Shown here: piece by piece, positions 16,496 through 26,563 of the stretch
How positions within the stretch are numbered: position 1 is the first letter of the stretch
How the letters are laid out: every line of letters starts with the position of its first letter
Virus record (IMG/VR): IMGVR_UViG_3300011226_000001
Location: 96,001 to 160,000 of that record
Source: a virus
Taxonomy: Duplodnaviria > Caudoviricetes
Length of the DNA stretch: 64,000 bases
Reading direction: 5' to 3' (one strand)
The notes under the pieces: generated by a model
Told to the model about the DNA's origin: nothing
The model's database searches: none
The model's input: the letters and a program-made list of their open reading frames with translations, nothing else
Translations under genes and position numbers: made by a program

Positions 16496-19021
16496 TTACT
16501 CGTCGTCACCGTCATCAGAAGACTTCGCAGACTTACTGATAGACGCTTTCAACATTTCTTTGCCCTTCGCAGACTGTACGAACTTGAAGCACCACAGACG
16601 CAGACCTGCAGGTTTGACTTTCAGTTTCTTACAGACAGCGACAACTTGTTCCTTGCTGCCGTTGATAAGAGTACGGAAATCATCCCAGTCCATCTTGACT
16701 TCGGACGCAAGAGGACACGGCGCCTTGATCTTGAAGTTCTTACGAGTACCGTTGATCAGACCGAGAACTTTCAGATAGTGCCACGTATCGAACACTGGGT
16801 CGAAGCCGCGCGCTTCACCATTACCGTCAGCTTCCCACAGACGCAACCAAGTGCTCTGGTTCGGGATGCCGCCCATCTTGTTCTTGATGGTCTTAGCAGC
16901 AATGAAGCGATAGCGGTCAGTACCACCTTCGACAGTAACAGACTTCTCTCCGACAACGCCAGGCGCATCTTTGAGTTTCGGCCAACCTTCTGGCACTGCG
17001 CGAGAAGCCAGACGAACACGCACGTCACTGTTATGTGATACGAAACCGTTAGTGATAACCACAGAGGTTTCTTCGACGTTAACGTCCCAGAACTCAACAG
17101 GCTTGTCGAGAGCTTTGAGCGTGAACGGCACAGGCACAATCGAGTTGTCGAAGTTGAACCAGTCTTCAACGTAAGCGAGTTGAGTCATCAGCAGATCGTA
17201 CAGGTCATCGTAGCCTGCAATCTGCTTGTGCAGAATCAGGTCGAGTGCCTGAGCGAAGTCATTCTCTGGCGCCAGATAGATTTTATCCTGACCAGTCTGC
17301 AACTGATAGTCCAGAACGTAGCGAGTCAGTTCAGGGAACACGTCAGCGATAACAGACAGCATCTGCGTTTGACGTTGACGGCTGGTGGCTTCGAACGACA
17401 GACCAACAAACTCACCGTCAGCGTATTGCTCTACTGCTTGCGTCAGTTCATACTTGTTCAGGCCAGGCATGTGAATGCCTTTGCTGTCTGCACAAGCGAG
17501 TACGCCAATATCCAACAACGCGTTCACACACTTCTTATACATCTCAGGATGATCAGCACCACCGATCGTAGAAAGTGTTAGTATGTTGGCCGCATATGTC
17601 GTATCACCGTGAGTAGTCAGTGAGATTTGGCGACTTGTAGCAACGGAACTACCCAATACCCAACGAACATACGCAGACGCACGGTCAAACGCATCAGGCA
17701 CGTTCTGTTTCAGCTCTTTCACTGGAGGCACACGCAGACCCGCATACTGACCTTTCTTATCAGGCCACTTAGCGAGCTGGTCAAGTGTGTTCCACTCAGG
17801 ACGCAGAACCATCATACCTTCTGCTGTCCAGTCGTACATGAACGTGAATTGGCGGTGCTCTGCGCTGCCGATGTATGTGTGGCCACCAGCATTCATTTCG
17901 ATTGGGAACGGAGCGTCATCAACTTTCCACGCACCCTGAATCTTCTGATAACCGTCGAACGATTCAACACGAACTTCGGTGCCAGCTTCCATCAGCTCTT
18001 TGATCTGCGGCGCAGTCAACACGCCGTGGTCGGTACGAATCAGAGTGTCTCGGTCGAAGCAGTAGAACTTCAACGCATCACCGCCAGGCTCATATTCGGG
18101 TGAGCCGAACATTACAGCAGGCTTCTGACGCAACTGGTTAACGCCAACGATGGTCATCATCTTACGACGCATACCACCACGGAAACGTTTGATGCCGTCA
18201 GAGAACATACGCGCTTGCAGTGCCATTGCTTTTGAACCGTCATCGTCATCTACCTGATCAGGCAGCATTGCCGGATAGGAGTCAACGATAACAGCCGCTT
18301 GCATGTGGCCATCAGCAGCAGGAACTTTGAATTGGTTGTTACGACTGAACCACTTCTTGTCGTACTTACCGGCCAGCTTCTTCGCGTTCTCTTTGTTGTT
18401 CTCAAAGAGATAATACGCGGAGCCGTCTTTCTCAACGATCTTGTCAGGCAGACGACGACGCAGCATCGACATATAATCGAAGAAGCGCTCACCGTTGTCT
18501 GGTGCGTAGTAACGAATCTTAGGCTTGATAATCCACGAGCCGTCTTCGTCACGCACACCGAAGATTGTTTTCGGATCGACTTTAACACCGAACGTTTTGA
18601 GCTGACCAGCAACGTATTCAGCATCGGTCGAACCTTCGTAGTCGAACACTACGCTAATGCCAGAGTATTTCAGACGAATCAGACTCGCCATGATACTCAT
18701 GGTCATGGTTGACTTACACGACTGCTCACCGCCGCTGAACGTGTACCAACCGCCAGGTACGATACCGCCGTCAAGGTACATATCAAGCGCGAGCACACCA
18801 GTAGAGATGCGAGGTGCGTGTCGTGCTGCATCGGCAGAACTTACTTTCGTTTTCTTTTCGATGCCGTCGAGCACGTCATCCATCATGCTGCCGAGGTCAA
18901 AGCCTAATACTTCAACGCCACCGATATCATCAGAGGCGACTGCTTTGTCCTTCGACTTAGAGGCTTTGACTTTAGCTTTCTTCTCAGCTTTTTTCTCAGC
19001 CTTGTTGTTCGTTTTTGCCAT
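16496..19021 (-). CDS. recA: RecA/UvsX-like recombinase precursor containing an intein
   Basis: ISTGVLALD..GG, SGGEQSCKST (Walker A variant), IVDS, ALQARMFS, NQLRQK, PGGDALKFY|S and KNKMG. Confidence 0.93.
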   Translation of the reverse strand: MAKTNNKAEKKAEKKAKVKASKSKDKAVASDDIGGVEVLGFDLGSMMDDVLDGIEKKTKVSSADAARHAPRISTGVLALDMYLDGGIVPGGWYTFSGGEQSCKSTMTMSIMASLIRLKYSGISVVFDYEGSTDAEYVAGQLKTFGVKVDPKTIFGVRDEDGSWIIKPKIRYYAPDNGERFFDYMSMLRRRLPDKIVEKDGSAYYLFENNKENAKKLAGKYDKKWFSRNNQFKVPAADGHMQAAVIVDSYPAMLPDQVDDDDGSKAMALQARMFSDGIKRFRGGMRRKMMTIVGVNQLRQKPAVMFGSPEYEPGGDALKFYCFDRDTLIRTDHGVLTAPQIKELMEAGTEVRVESFDGYQKIQGAWKVDDAPFPIEMNAGGHTYIGSAEHRQFTFMYDWTAEGMMVLRPEWNTLDQLAKWPDKKGQYAGLRVPPVKELKQNVPDAFDRASAYVRWVLGSSVATSRQISLTTHGDTTYAANILTLSTIGGADHPEMYKKCVNALLDIGVLACADSKGIHMPGLNKYELTQAVEQYADGEFVGLSFEATSRQRQTQMLSVIADVFPELTRYVLDYQLQTGQDKIYLAPENDFAQALDLILHKQIAGYDDLYDLLMTQLAYVEDWFNFDNSIVPVPFTLKALDKPVEFWDVNVEETSVVITNGFVSHNSDVRVRLASRAVPEGWPKLKDAPGVVGEKSVTVEGGTDRYRFIAAKTIKNKMGGIPNQSTWLRLWEADGNGEARGFDPVFDTWHYLKVLGLINGTRKNFKIKAPCPLASEVKMDWDDFRTLINGSKEQVVAVCKKLKVKPAGLRLWCFKFVQSAKGKEMLKASISKSAKSSDDGDDE
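17030..18061 (-). mobile_element. Intein (344 aa) in RecA
   Basis: Begins CFDRDTLIRT after KFY; block-B-like SAEHRQF; ends WDVNVE..ITNGFVSHN followed by Ser. Confidence 0.92.
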
Positions 19022-19078
19022 TGTTGGATAGTCCAGATTAGAGAGAAGAAAGGGCGGCGTTAGCCACCCTGTTTCAGA

Positions 19079-20353
19079 TTACTTCTTTTTCTTTTTCTTC
19101 TTCTTCGGAGCGTCGTCGTCATCGTCATCAGAAGACTTTTTCTTTTTCTTCTTATCGGATGATTTCACCTTGTCAGAAGATTTCTTTTTCTTCTTCTTAG
19201 GTGCGTCGTCTTCGTCGTCTTCGTCGTCATCATCTGACTTCTTGGACTTCTTAGACTTAACCTTCGAGGACTTTTTGTCCTTCGAAGATTTCTTTTTCTT
19301 GGACGGACGATCATCTTCATCGTCTTCGTCGTCATCATCGTCTTCGTCATCGTCTAACAGCTTACGAGACTTGGACGCTTTTGACTTCTTGGACTTGCGA
19401 CGATCATCTTCATCGTCATCTTCGTCCTCGTCGTCATCATCGTCGTCATCGCTACGACGTTTTTTCTTGTCTGCTTTGCCGCCTTTCTTTTTGCGGCCGA
19501 GAGACATATCATCATCGCCGTCGTCTTCGTCGTCATCACCGTCATCATCGTTGGTGTTAACGCCGATAACGTCCATCTTCTTGAAGTCAGCCAAAGCAGC
19601 AGCTTCATCAAGACGACCGAGCATGTCGTAGATTTCGTTCCAGTTGTCAAAGTCCCAGGTCAGGTACTCTTTCTCTTCCTTCGTCAGTGGTGTGTGATCA
19701 CCACGTTCGATTGTGTAACGCTCGGCCGGAGATTTTTTCGGGTTGTATTTGATTTCAATATCACAACCGTACTTGTCATCGTTGACCTGGAACGCTTGCT
19801 TCGACTTCTTACCTGACTTCTTATCTTTGACTGTGTGAATGTTACGTTCACCCAGTTCGCGGATTTTGCCAGCCAGAGAGTTCGACAGAGGAATACACAT
19901 AACAGGAGTCCAAGACTCGCTGCCCATTTCTTTCTTGCCGGTCTTCTGCTCTTGCTTAGTGAGCTTCGGCATTTTACGCGGCGCAGCAGCCTGCTCGTCA
20001 CGAATGATCGCTTGCGCATACCACTTATAGTCGTACTGCGCTGGCGCACCAGACTCGTCGTTACCGTGAGCAATACCGCAGTACGGACACTTCATGCCGT
20101 TCAGAGGTTTGTTCTGATTGTCAGGGTCGAAGCTAACGCACATGCGCGGGATTTTGATCTCTTTGTCTTTGTCTTTCCCGCCCATGATCTTGATCCAGTG
20201 CTTCTTGATTGGAAGCAGGTCAAGATTCAGCAGACGAATTGAAACCCAGTTGCCGTTTGCTTTCTTCGAAAGAGGGAAGATTTCAAAGATTTCCGACTCG
20301 CGCAAACTATCGCGTTTGCTGTTGTCTTGAATGTCACCAAATCCACGTGCCAT
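19079..20353 (-). CDS. Putative ssDNA-binding protein (gp32-like) with long D/K low-complexity tail
   Basis: IRLL..KHW..C..CPYC..YAQAIIR..GCDIEIK pattern; adjacent to recA; charged C-terminal tail. Confidence 0.62.
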   Translation of the reverse strand: MARGFGDIQDNSKRDSLRESEIFEIFPLSKKANGNWVSIRLLNLDLLPIKKHWIKIMGGKDKDKEIKIPRMCVSFDPDNQNKPLNGMKCPYCGIAHGNDESGAPAQYDYKWYAQAIIRDEQAAAPRKMPKLTKQEQKTGKKEMGSESWTPVMCIPLSNSLAGKIRELGERNIHTVKDKKSGKKSKQAFQVNDDKYGCDIEIKYNPKKSPAERYTIERGDHTPLTKEEKEYLTWDFDNWNEIYDMLGRLDEAAALADFKKMDVIGVNTNDDDGDDDEDDGDDDMSLGRKKKGGKADKKKRRSDDDDDDDEDEDDDEDDRRKSKKSKASKSRKLLDDDEDDDDDEDDEDDRPSKKKKSSKDKKSSKVKSKKSKKSDDDDEDDEDDAPKKKKKKSSDKVKSSDKKKKKKSSDDDDDDAPKKKKKKKK

Positions 20354-20403
20354 TGTTGTTCCTCAATATTGAGTTCGCTCTTGTGTGAGCAATGTTTACA
20401 GTT

Positions 20404-21453
20404 TTAGGCTAGCCCTTGAGCTTGCATATGTCTACGCATCAGATCAAGTTCGAACTTATCGAACTCCTCACCCACGTCCATCGTTAGACGAGCAACGCCG
20501 AGAGGGTCTACGCGCTTAATAAGCAGTCTCAGTTTTTCAGTACGTCTTTCACTATCTACGTGATCTTCTAAGTGATGATGGTCACTCACTTTTTGATGTA
20601 GGGACGCGTCCGCACCTTCATCAGATTCGTTCGCAGGAGTATCGAGACTTACCGAGAAATTCAGAGAAGTAGTGTCTTCACCTGTAGCCAGTTTCTTACG
20701 TTGAGTCTGGGGAATAGTGTACGCGATGCCGTATTCATGCTCGCTACTACTACAGGTCTGGGCGTTCAAGATCCACCACTTCGTATAACTCACAATCGCA
20801 CCGCGCGACGAGTCATACTTGTTGATAGCCACGATGACGTTACGCAGGAAGTTCTGGCGCACGTCTTTGCTGTCGTACAGCTTGCCGCGGTTCGTATCAA
20901 CATAAAATTTTGTTTGCTTGCTGCATAGTCTATAGAAGTCAGCAACTACCGAGTGGAAGTATTCCATAAACTGCGGCAGCAAATCGTTCAGGCGACACAG
21001 CGCGACGAACAGTTTGGAGCGAGACTCTGCGCCAAACATTTTCACGTACACGTTCAGGCGCTTCGAATACGCGTCACGACGAATCGGATCTTGCGTACTG
21101 ATAAATGCCCGATACAAATCGACGTAAGCCGCGTAGTACCGTTTAATTACATTTTCCAGGAAGACATAAATGAAGTTACGCTCCATTTTGAGTTCCTGAA
21201 TATAAATCATTTTTTGATCGCGAGGCACAGAGAGCGCTTTAATCAGAAGACTAATAGCACGGTCGCGCGTTTCTGCGTTGTACGGCTTGCGCTTCTTATT
21301 CGACGTAATCATGTTCAACAGATAGGTCAGTTGCACATCAAATACGTTGGTGTTCTCAACAATCTCACGGAGGCAGTCATGAAGCATGGTGTCCATGACG
21401 CTTTCTATCTGACCGCCTGTGAGATTCGACTTATTGTTCATGGTCAAATACAC
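20404..21453 (-). CDS. Phage sigma70-family RNA polymerase sigma factor
   Basis: DVRQNFLRNVIVAINKYDSSRGAIVSYTKWWILNA matches region 2.2-2.3; VSLDTP matches region 3.2. Confidence 0.75.
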   Translation of the reverse strand: MYLTMNNKSNLTGGQIESVMDTMLHDCLREIVENTNVFDVQLTYLLNMITSNKKRKPYNAETRDRAISLLIKALSVPRDQKMIYIQELKMERNFIYVFLENVIKRYYAAYVDLYRAFISTQDPIRRDAYSKRLNVYVKMFGAESRSKLFVALCRLNDLLPQFMEYFHSVVADFYRLCSKQTKFYVDTNRGKLYDSKDVRQNFLRNVIVAINKYDSSRGAIVSYTKWWILNAQTCSSSEHEYGIAYTIPQTQRKKLATGEDTTSLNFSVSLDTPANESDEGADASLHQKVSDHHHLEDHVDSERRTEKLRLLIKRVDPLGVARLTMDVGEEFDKFELDLMRRHMQAQGLA

Positions 21454-21486
21454 CTGTTAGTTGCTTTGACTCTTATTTACAGATTC

Positions 21487-21816
21487 CTAGATCTTTGTCA
21501 GGCTATCGTGCTGATTTTGGATATCGGTAGCTGTAAGCTCTTTGTCTTCGATAGGCTTGCGCTGGCCTAGATCCGCAGGCTTTGTAATCTTGCGTTCAGC
21601 GGCAGCTTCTTCTTCACGCTCGATACGATCCTTCTCTTTTTCTTCAACCTCTTCCTTAGGAGTGTCTATGCCATACTCGTCTGCGATACGCTTTTGCTCT
21701 TGCAATTCGAGCGCACGTTGCTGACCATCAGTAGGTGCCAGCTCTTGTGCTCGTGCGTCTGCCTCGTTTTGACGGTCAACACGGATTTCATGCGAGAGAC
21801 TAACTAACATTTCCAT
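21487..21816 (-). CDS. Charged protein with VSLS leader
   Basis: Start MEMLVSLSHE at 21816 with GGAG SD. Confidence 0.7.
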   Translation of the reverse strand: MEMLVSLSHEIRVDRQNEADARAQELAPTDGQQRALELQEQKRIADEYGIDTPKEEVEEKEKDRIEREEEAAAERKITKPADLGQRKPIEDKELTATDIQNQHDSLTKI

Positions 21817-21867
21817 CGGATTTTCTCCAGAATGACAAAAGCGGCAGCACAGGGCCACCGCTAGAAT

Positions 21868-22335
21868 TTAGCTACGCTTCTCCAGCACTTTGCGGTCTTC
21901 TTCAATGAAGCGCAAAGTGATTGGCGGACGGCCTGGGTGCTGAATGATCTGATTGAGATATTCAGCCTGACTGTCTTTCGCGTGTTTAAGTAACGTGACG
22001 TGCGGTCTGTACGGAGAGTGCGCAAACTTAGCAGCACCACATGCGTGAATGCGAGCGTGTTCGCGTTGCAGGTCAGGCGATTCGAGTACGAGCACCAGAA
22101 TCTTATCTTGGCCTTCACCAAACAGTTCAGCAGAGTTAACGACAGCGAAGAACTCGCCAGCATCGTTTTGCTCCGCTTTAACGTCAGGGTTAGATTCGTC
22201 GTAGGCCAGCGTAACGTGCAGTTCATCAGGTACGTCGTCGCTGTCACGGTCGATGCCAATAGCAGCACCGAGTTTCAGCAGCATCTCCTCTGAATCATAA
22301 TCAGGGAAGACGCGCCACAGCCCGCCTTTAACCAT
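21868..22335 (-). CDS. 2H phosphoesterase, Acb1/T4 57B-like
   Basis: Two HxT motifs, ELHVTLAY and YRPHVTLL; about 155 aa standalone; start MVKGGLW. Confidence 0.78.
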   Translation of the reverse strand: MVKGGLWRVFPDYDSEEMLLKLGAAIGIDRDSDDVPDELHVTLAYDESNPDVKAEQNDAGEFFAVVNSAELFGEGQDKILVLVLESPDLQREHARIHACGAAKFAHSPYRPHVTLLKHAKDSQAEYLNQIIQHPGRPPITLRFIEEDRKVLEKRS

Positions 22336-22861
22336 TTTGAGTTTCCTCTTTAGGTAAGTGGAATGCACCTGCCATTTGCATCTCACCGCACTTATCACAA
22401 TGGAACATGCCGATGGGCTTACCGTACAGCAACTCAGGATGACCTTTGCACACGAAATCCTGATTGCGATAGATACGCAACAGAGCTCCGTTGACTTTGT
22501 GGTCTGCTGTAATGAAGTTACCAGTCAGGTGGCAGTCGAGGTCACGAGCACGAGCCTGATACAGTGCCACAACTTTACGCACAGCTTCATCGAGACCATC
22601 AGCATCGTAGTCGCGTGATTCACCTTCAGCCAGCTCAACTTCCATAACCAGAATGTCCAGCACAACGATAGGCGATTGCTCACCTTCCGGCAGGATGTTA
22701 GAGTAGCTGAGTTGGTGCTTCACGTCTTCGAACGGAGCGACCGTAGGGATCTGAGATGCACTGCTACTGCCTGTCATTACGTTCAGGCGAAATTCTTCGT
22801 AGACAGCGCTGCCAAAGTCTTCCCACTCGTTTTGCTTTTCAAACAGAATAACATCAGACAT
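22328..22861 (-). CDS. Hypothetical protein with C-terminal Cys/His knuckle
   Basis: CKGH..FHCDKCGE; paralogous to the C-terminal part of 22854-24083. Confidence 0.7.
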   Translation of the reverse strand: MSDVILFEKQNEWEDFGSAVYEEFRLNVMTGSSSASQIPTVAPFEDVKHQLSYSNILPEGEQSPIVVLDILVMEVELAEGESRDYDADGLDEAVRKVVALYQARARDLDCHLTGNFITADHKVNGALLRIYRNQDFVCKGHPELLYGKPIGMFHCDKCGEMQMAGAFHLPKEETQNG

Positions 22862-24083
22862 TTAATGCTCCAAGTAAATTTTCAATAACGAAATCCTGGG
22901 CCGGGAAGTCCACGTTGCGCTGCACACGAACCAGCATGGTCTTCAACTCTCCGTTATACCCAACAAGACGCGTGATGGTGTGACAATTAAAATCAAGCGC
23001 GTGTTTCTGAATACGCTCCATAGCTTCATGAAGCGCCTGAATGTGACGCATATCAGGATACGCGTCAGCAGGAACGAATGCAATATCGAAGACATACTTT
23101 TCAGTGTAACGATATATGCTGCGGTACATAAAGTCGTCAGCGCTTGCGTAGATATCCGGAATCAGTTCAAAACCAGAATCACTGTCGTCGGTGGAAGCTG
23201 TAAGGCCTAGACCAGCAGCAACACTTTTCGCAATGTCTTCCCACTTCGCCTGATTCTCGAACATAGGACCCATCTCAGGGATTGGTTCAAACTCCTCCTC
23301 GTCGTCATCCAGAGGCAAGTCTTCGAAAGTCGTATGCTCACCAGTAGCAGCAAACTTAGGCTTGCGAAAAGAGTCACGCGTTATTGGCCACGCAGCGTAA
23401 ATCACATTACGACACTCAGCCACCAGCGGGAAGACAACAGACAGGCCGTAGTCACGCAGCGACACATGAATGTCCAGCGTATCGCTATGCGTCTGCAACA
23501 TCGCTTCCATCAGATGATTGACCAGAACGTTATGCGTAGTCGTAAACGCCAATGGGCTCTCGTTGTGGATGTTCGTAGGCAGATCGAATGCCGGTGCAGG
23601 GTCAGGCAGCCACACATCCGTTTGTTCACGCGCATACTGGTCAAGACAGACCATGTACAGGAACGCGCTCACTTGATCAGCCGTGTACTTGAGGAAACGC
23701 GAGGCGAACTCTTTCTCATGCTCGCCAGCAAGTCGCTCAGGCACAGAAGGTACTGGAGTTCCATGAGGGGATGTGTACGGTCTGCCTTTTGCTATGTCTT
23801 CGCGGCACTGCGAAACATAGTAGCCGAAGATAGAACGAAAGCGATAGAGAATGCCCTGAATCGGAAACTCCAAATCAGTGCGACTGATCGCATTGTCGAA
23901 AGCCAGTTCAATGCTTTCAGCTAACGAGTGCAGCCTACGCTCATTGATAGGTTGATTGTACGGCGCAGCAGGAGGCACAGTACAGAGAGAATTGCCGAAT
24001 TGAATGTGGACCATGTTCTCCGCATAGAAGCGACAATGGTCCAGAGCGGCCACAAGGCCAACGAGATTGTTCATCATGATCAC
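22854..24083 (-). CDS. Hypothetical protein (409 aa)
   Basis: Long ORF in operon. Confidence 0.75.
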   Translation of the reverse strand: MIMMNNLVGLVAALDHCRFYAENMVHIQFGNSLCTVPPAAPYNQPINERRLHSLAESIELAFDNAISRTDLEFPIQGILYRFRSIFGYYVSQCREDIAKGRPYTSPHGTPVPSVPERLAGEHEKEFASRFLKYTADQVSAFLYMVCLDQYAREQTDVWLPDPAPAFDLPTNIHNESPLAFTTTHNVLVNHLMEAMLQTHSDTLDIHVSLRDYGLSVVFPLVAECRNVIYAAWPITRDSFRKPKFAATGEHTTFEDLPLDDDEEEFEPIPEMGPMFENQAKWEDIAKSVAAGLGLTASTDDSDSGFELIPDIYASADDFMYRSIYRYTEKYVFDIAFVPADAYPDMRHIQALHEAMERIQKHALDFNCHTITRLVGYNGELKTMLVRVQRNVDFPAQDFVIENLLGALNV

Positions 24084-24295
24084 TCGTCTAATGTGCAGTC
24101 ACATGGCTTATTGATGTTTTCTGCAAAAGGTGAAGGTTCAGATACTTTCCCGCATTTAACGCAGGTGCGCACCCAACCCATCGGAGTTAAACGCGCAGCG
24201 CTTAACGTATCGTCCTCTTCTATCTCAAGTTGAGGAGCAGAGCTGGCGTTGTAGCTGATTCGAGAGCTACGACGTCCACAACCGGCACATGCCAT
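24080..24295 (-). CDS. Small Cys-rich (zinc-ribbon-like) protein
   Basis: CAGC, CVKC and CDC; stop/start overlaps on both sides. Confidence 0.6.
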   Translation of the reverse strand: MACAGCGRRSSRISYNASSAPQLEIEEDDTLSAARLTPMGWVRTCVKCGKVSEPSPFAENINKPCDCTLDE

Positions 24296-24729
24296 TAGGC
24301 ACTCACCGTTCTCAACACAACGCCTGGCATATCAACCACGGAAGGTTCGATGCCAGTGATAATGATCTTATCGATCTGATCATCAGTCATGCCATGAGAA
24401 CGAAGGCTCGGTCGCATCCAGTCAGGCACAGAGCACGGTTCAAACTCTTTGGCTGGTGGCTGATCGGCAATCAGCTTATGCCACTGTTCGACGAAACGCA
24501 GAATCGAACCAGCTTCATTCTCCGCACAATCAAACGTCGGCTGAATGCCTACAGGTGTTGCAGCCATTGCGTCGAACGACTCTTTGCAGGTCTTACTGAT
24601 TTCACGCAGCAGCATGTTCTGCATGACCTGACCGAATGCGCTTTCTTCTGCGTGACCGTGAACGATATGAGGACCGAAGCTCAAAGACACTGAGTACGGT
24701 TCGCTCGGATCAAATTTCCGCTTCTGCAT
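24295..24729 (-). CDS. Hypothetical protein
   Basis: Start MQKRKF at 24729 with GGAGG SD. Confidence 0.62.
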   Translation of the reverse strand: MQKRKFDPSEPYSVSLSFGPHIVHGHAEESAFGQVMQNMLLREISKTCKESFDAMAATPVGIQPTFDCAENEAGSILRFVEQWHKLIADQPPAKEFEPCSVPDWMRPSLRSHGMTDDQIDKIIITGIEPSVVDMPGVVLRTVSA

Positions 24730-24991
24730 CTTCGCCTCCGACTTGCAAACGTGCTGGTACGCTAATGATAGGACCTGCGAACATGTCGATGTGACGCTGC
24801 ATGATATCGTCAACCTTCGACGCTGCACCAGCAGGTACTTCGATCAACATCTCACCGCAGTTCTCTACCACAGTGCAACCGGCAGCGATAAGCTCACCAT
24901 TGAGTTCTGCTACGCGACGGTGCATCTCCTGAATCGAATGCACAATCGGATAGTTTGGGATAACACCTGGAGCTGGATTGTTAAAGAACAT
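24710..24991 (-). CDS. Hypothetical protein
   Basis: 93 aa ORF in operon. Confidence 0.6.
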   Translation of the reverse strand: MFFNNPAPGVIPNYPIVHSIQEMHRRVAELNGELIAAGCTVVENCGEMLIEVPAGAASKVDDIMQRHIDMFAGPIISVPARLQVGGEDAEAEI

Positions 24992-24996
24992 CGAGA

Positions 24997-25653
24997 TTAA
25001 TCTCCGTTACGTTTGACTTGATCAGCTAAGGCCATCAGGTGCTTACACAGACCCGGTGCGTGACCTGGGTTAGTGAAGTCTGGTGGCTCGCCATTGCCAT
25101 AAATGATTCGCGCACAGCCGTGTTCGGCGTTCGCATACTCCCACATGAAAACATAGTTCTCACATGGACAACTGACCAGCACTCGCTTTTGTTTTGAAAT
25201 AGGCTTGAACGGGTCATCCAGACCGATGATCATCGGCTTGTGAATGCGCACTGTTTTATTAGGGCGCAGTGGATCTTTGTGTCGAACGTTTGCCATAATC
25301 ATCGGCAGACCTTTGTTAGTCTTACCGCGTTTGACACCGTTAACATAACACTCCATCGCATTCTCTTTCATCAGGCGGGGAGTCGAGCGCATCAGCGCAG
25401 TAAGCGACAGACCCTTTTCCATCAGAGGAGTTTTCGGTGGCTGAGGCACAACTTGCGGTTTGAAGGGCTGCAATTGAATTGCGCGTTTCTCACCTTTAGT
25501 CATACGTCGAGACTTAGCAGAGGCAGCACTGATTGTCTTCACTGCTTGAGCGAGCTTGCCACGCTTCGCTTGCTTGTGTGCCTTAGTCCGAGTCTCGGCC
25601 TCTTTGGCGGCTTTCGACTTCTTCGGTTTCTTGGCGAGTGATTTGTACGCCAT
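24997..25653 (-). CDS. SWIM-type zinc-finger protein with basic N-terminus
   Basis: VSCPCENY...GLCKHL (CxC..CxH). Confidence 0.7.
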   Translation of the reverse strand: MAYKSLAKKPKKSKAAKEAETRTKAHKQAKRGKLAQAVKTISAASAKSRRMTKGEKRAIQLQPFKPQVVPQPPKTPLMEKGLSLTALMRSTPRLMKENAMECYVNGVKRGKTNKGLPMIMANVRHKDPLRPNKTVRIHKPMIIGLDDPFKPISKQKRVLVSCPCENYVFMWEYANAEHGCARIIYGNGEPPDFTNPGHAPGLCKHLMALADQVKRNGD

Positions 25654-26044
25654 AGTCAACTCCATTAAGCAAGTACATTCGCGGCTTACGGATCTGAGTA
25701 AGCTGAGTCAGGTTTCGAATGTCATATTGACGACGATAGGCGAAGTCAGGATCATCCTGAGTGAAATAGCGAGCCATCAGCGGTTGGAAGTCTCCGCTCT
25801 TGTCTGCAATCACAGGCAGCAAATCGAAATGCAACGCTGTACGAGTGAACGCACGTAATAACCAACGCGAGTTCACCTCACAGTTTGGATCTTGCAGCGC
25901 AGTAAAGAAGCTGGTAGGCTTCATCTGGAGACAGGCTTTATTCATCACCAGAAAGTTATTGCTCTGCTCGATTGTTGCAGCAACGACAGGATAGATCATA
26001 CGCTTCACGCACATGTAGCGAATTGCGATCAGAACTTCAATCAT
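25583..26044 (-). CDS. Hypothetical protein (start uncertain)
   Basis: 3' part of the 250-aa ORF fills the gap below the 26079 stop. Confidence 0.45.
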   Translation of the reverse strand: MIEVLIAIRYMCVKRMIYPVVAATIEQSNNFLVMNKACLQMKPTSFFTALQDPNCEVNSRWLLRAFTRTALHFDLLPVIADKSGDFQPLMARYFTQDDPDFAYRRQYDIRNLTQLTQIRKPRMYLLNGVDYGVQITRQETEEVESRQRGRDSD

Positions 26045-26078
26045 CGCATCATGCGTCTTTGGCACATCAACGGGATCG

Positions 26079-26555
26079 CTATTCGATGTCCTCATCATCA
26101 GTGCTTTCAGCATCTGCATCCCCGTCATCACTTTCGGGTTCGTCTGCGTCAGGGTCTTCTGCGTCTTCGTTGTCTGCATCTCCAGCGTCGTCAGATTTCT
26201 TTCCACCTTTCTTAGCTTTAGACTTTCCATCGGAATCGTCTCCAGAGTCATCGGAAGAGTCATCTGTATCATCGTCGCCTCCATCTGAATCAGTGTCGGT
26301 ATCAATGTCAGTATCGTCTTCTTCGGGTTTGTCATCGCCCTTTTTCTTGGCGCCTTTCTTACCCTTTACAGAATCCCCGCCACCAGCTTTCTGCGCCAGT
26401 TTCTCTTTGTCTTTCGCTTCTTCCGTGAGACGCAGTTTCTTTTCGAGACTTGCGTAATCAGACACGTCAACGCGCCCTGTGTTAGACTCAGGACTTGATA
26501 CCTTGCTGCGGTTCTTGTCTGTAGAGTCTTGGCTCAGGCTTACATAAATTTCCAT
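26079..26555 (-). CDS. Asp-rich disordered protein with VSLS leader
   Basis: Start MEIYVSLSQD at 26555 with GAGGT SD. Confidence 0.75.
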   Translation of the reverse strand: MEIYVSLSQDSTDKNRSKVSSPESNTGRVDVSDYASLEKKLRLTEEAKDKEKLAQKAGGGDSVKGKKGAKKKGDDKPEEDDTDIDTDTDSDGGDDDTDDSSDDSGDDSDGKSKAKKGGKKSDDAGDADNEDAEDPDADEPESDDGDADAESTDDEDIE

Positions 26556-26563
26556 GTTACACC

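Noticed and set aside
19170-19631. Ser/Phe-rich plus-strand ORF
   Set aside because: Antisense shadow of the Asp/Lys low-complexity tail of the SSB-like gene.
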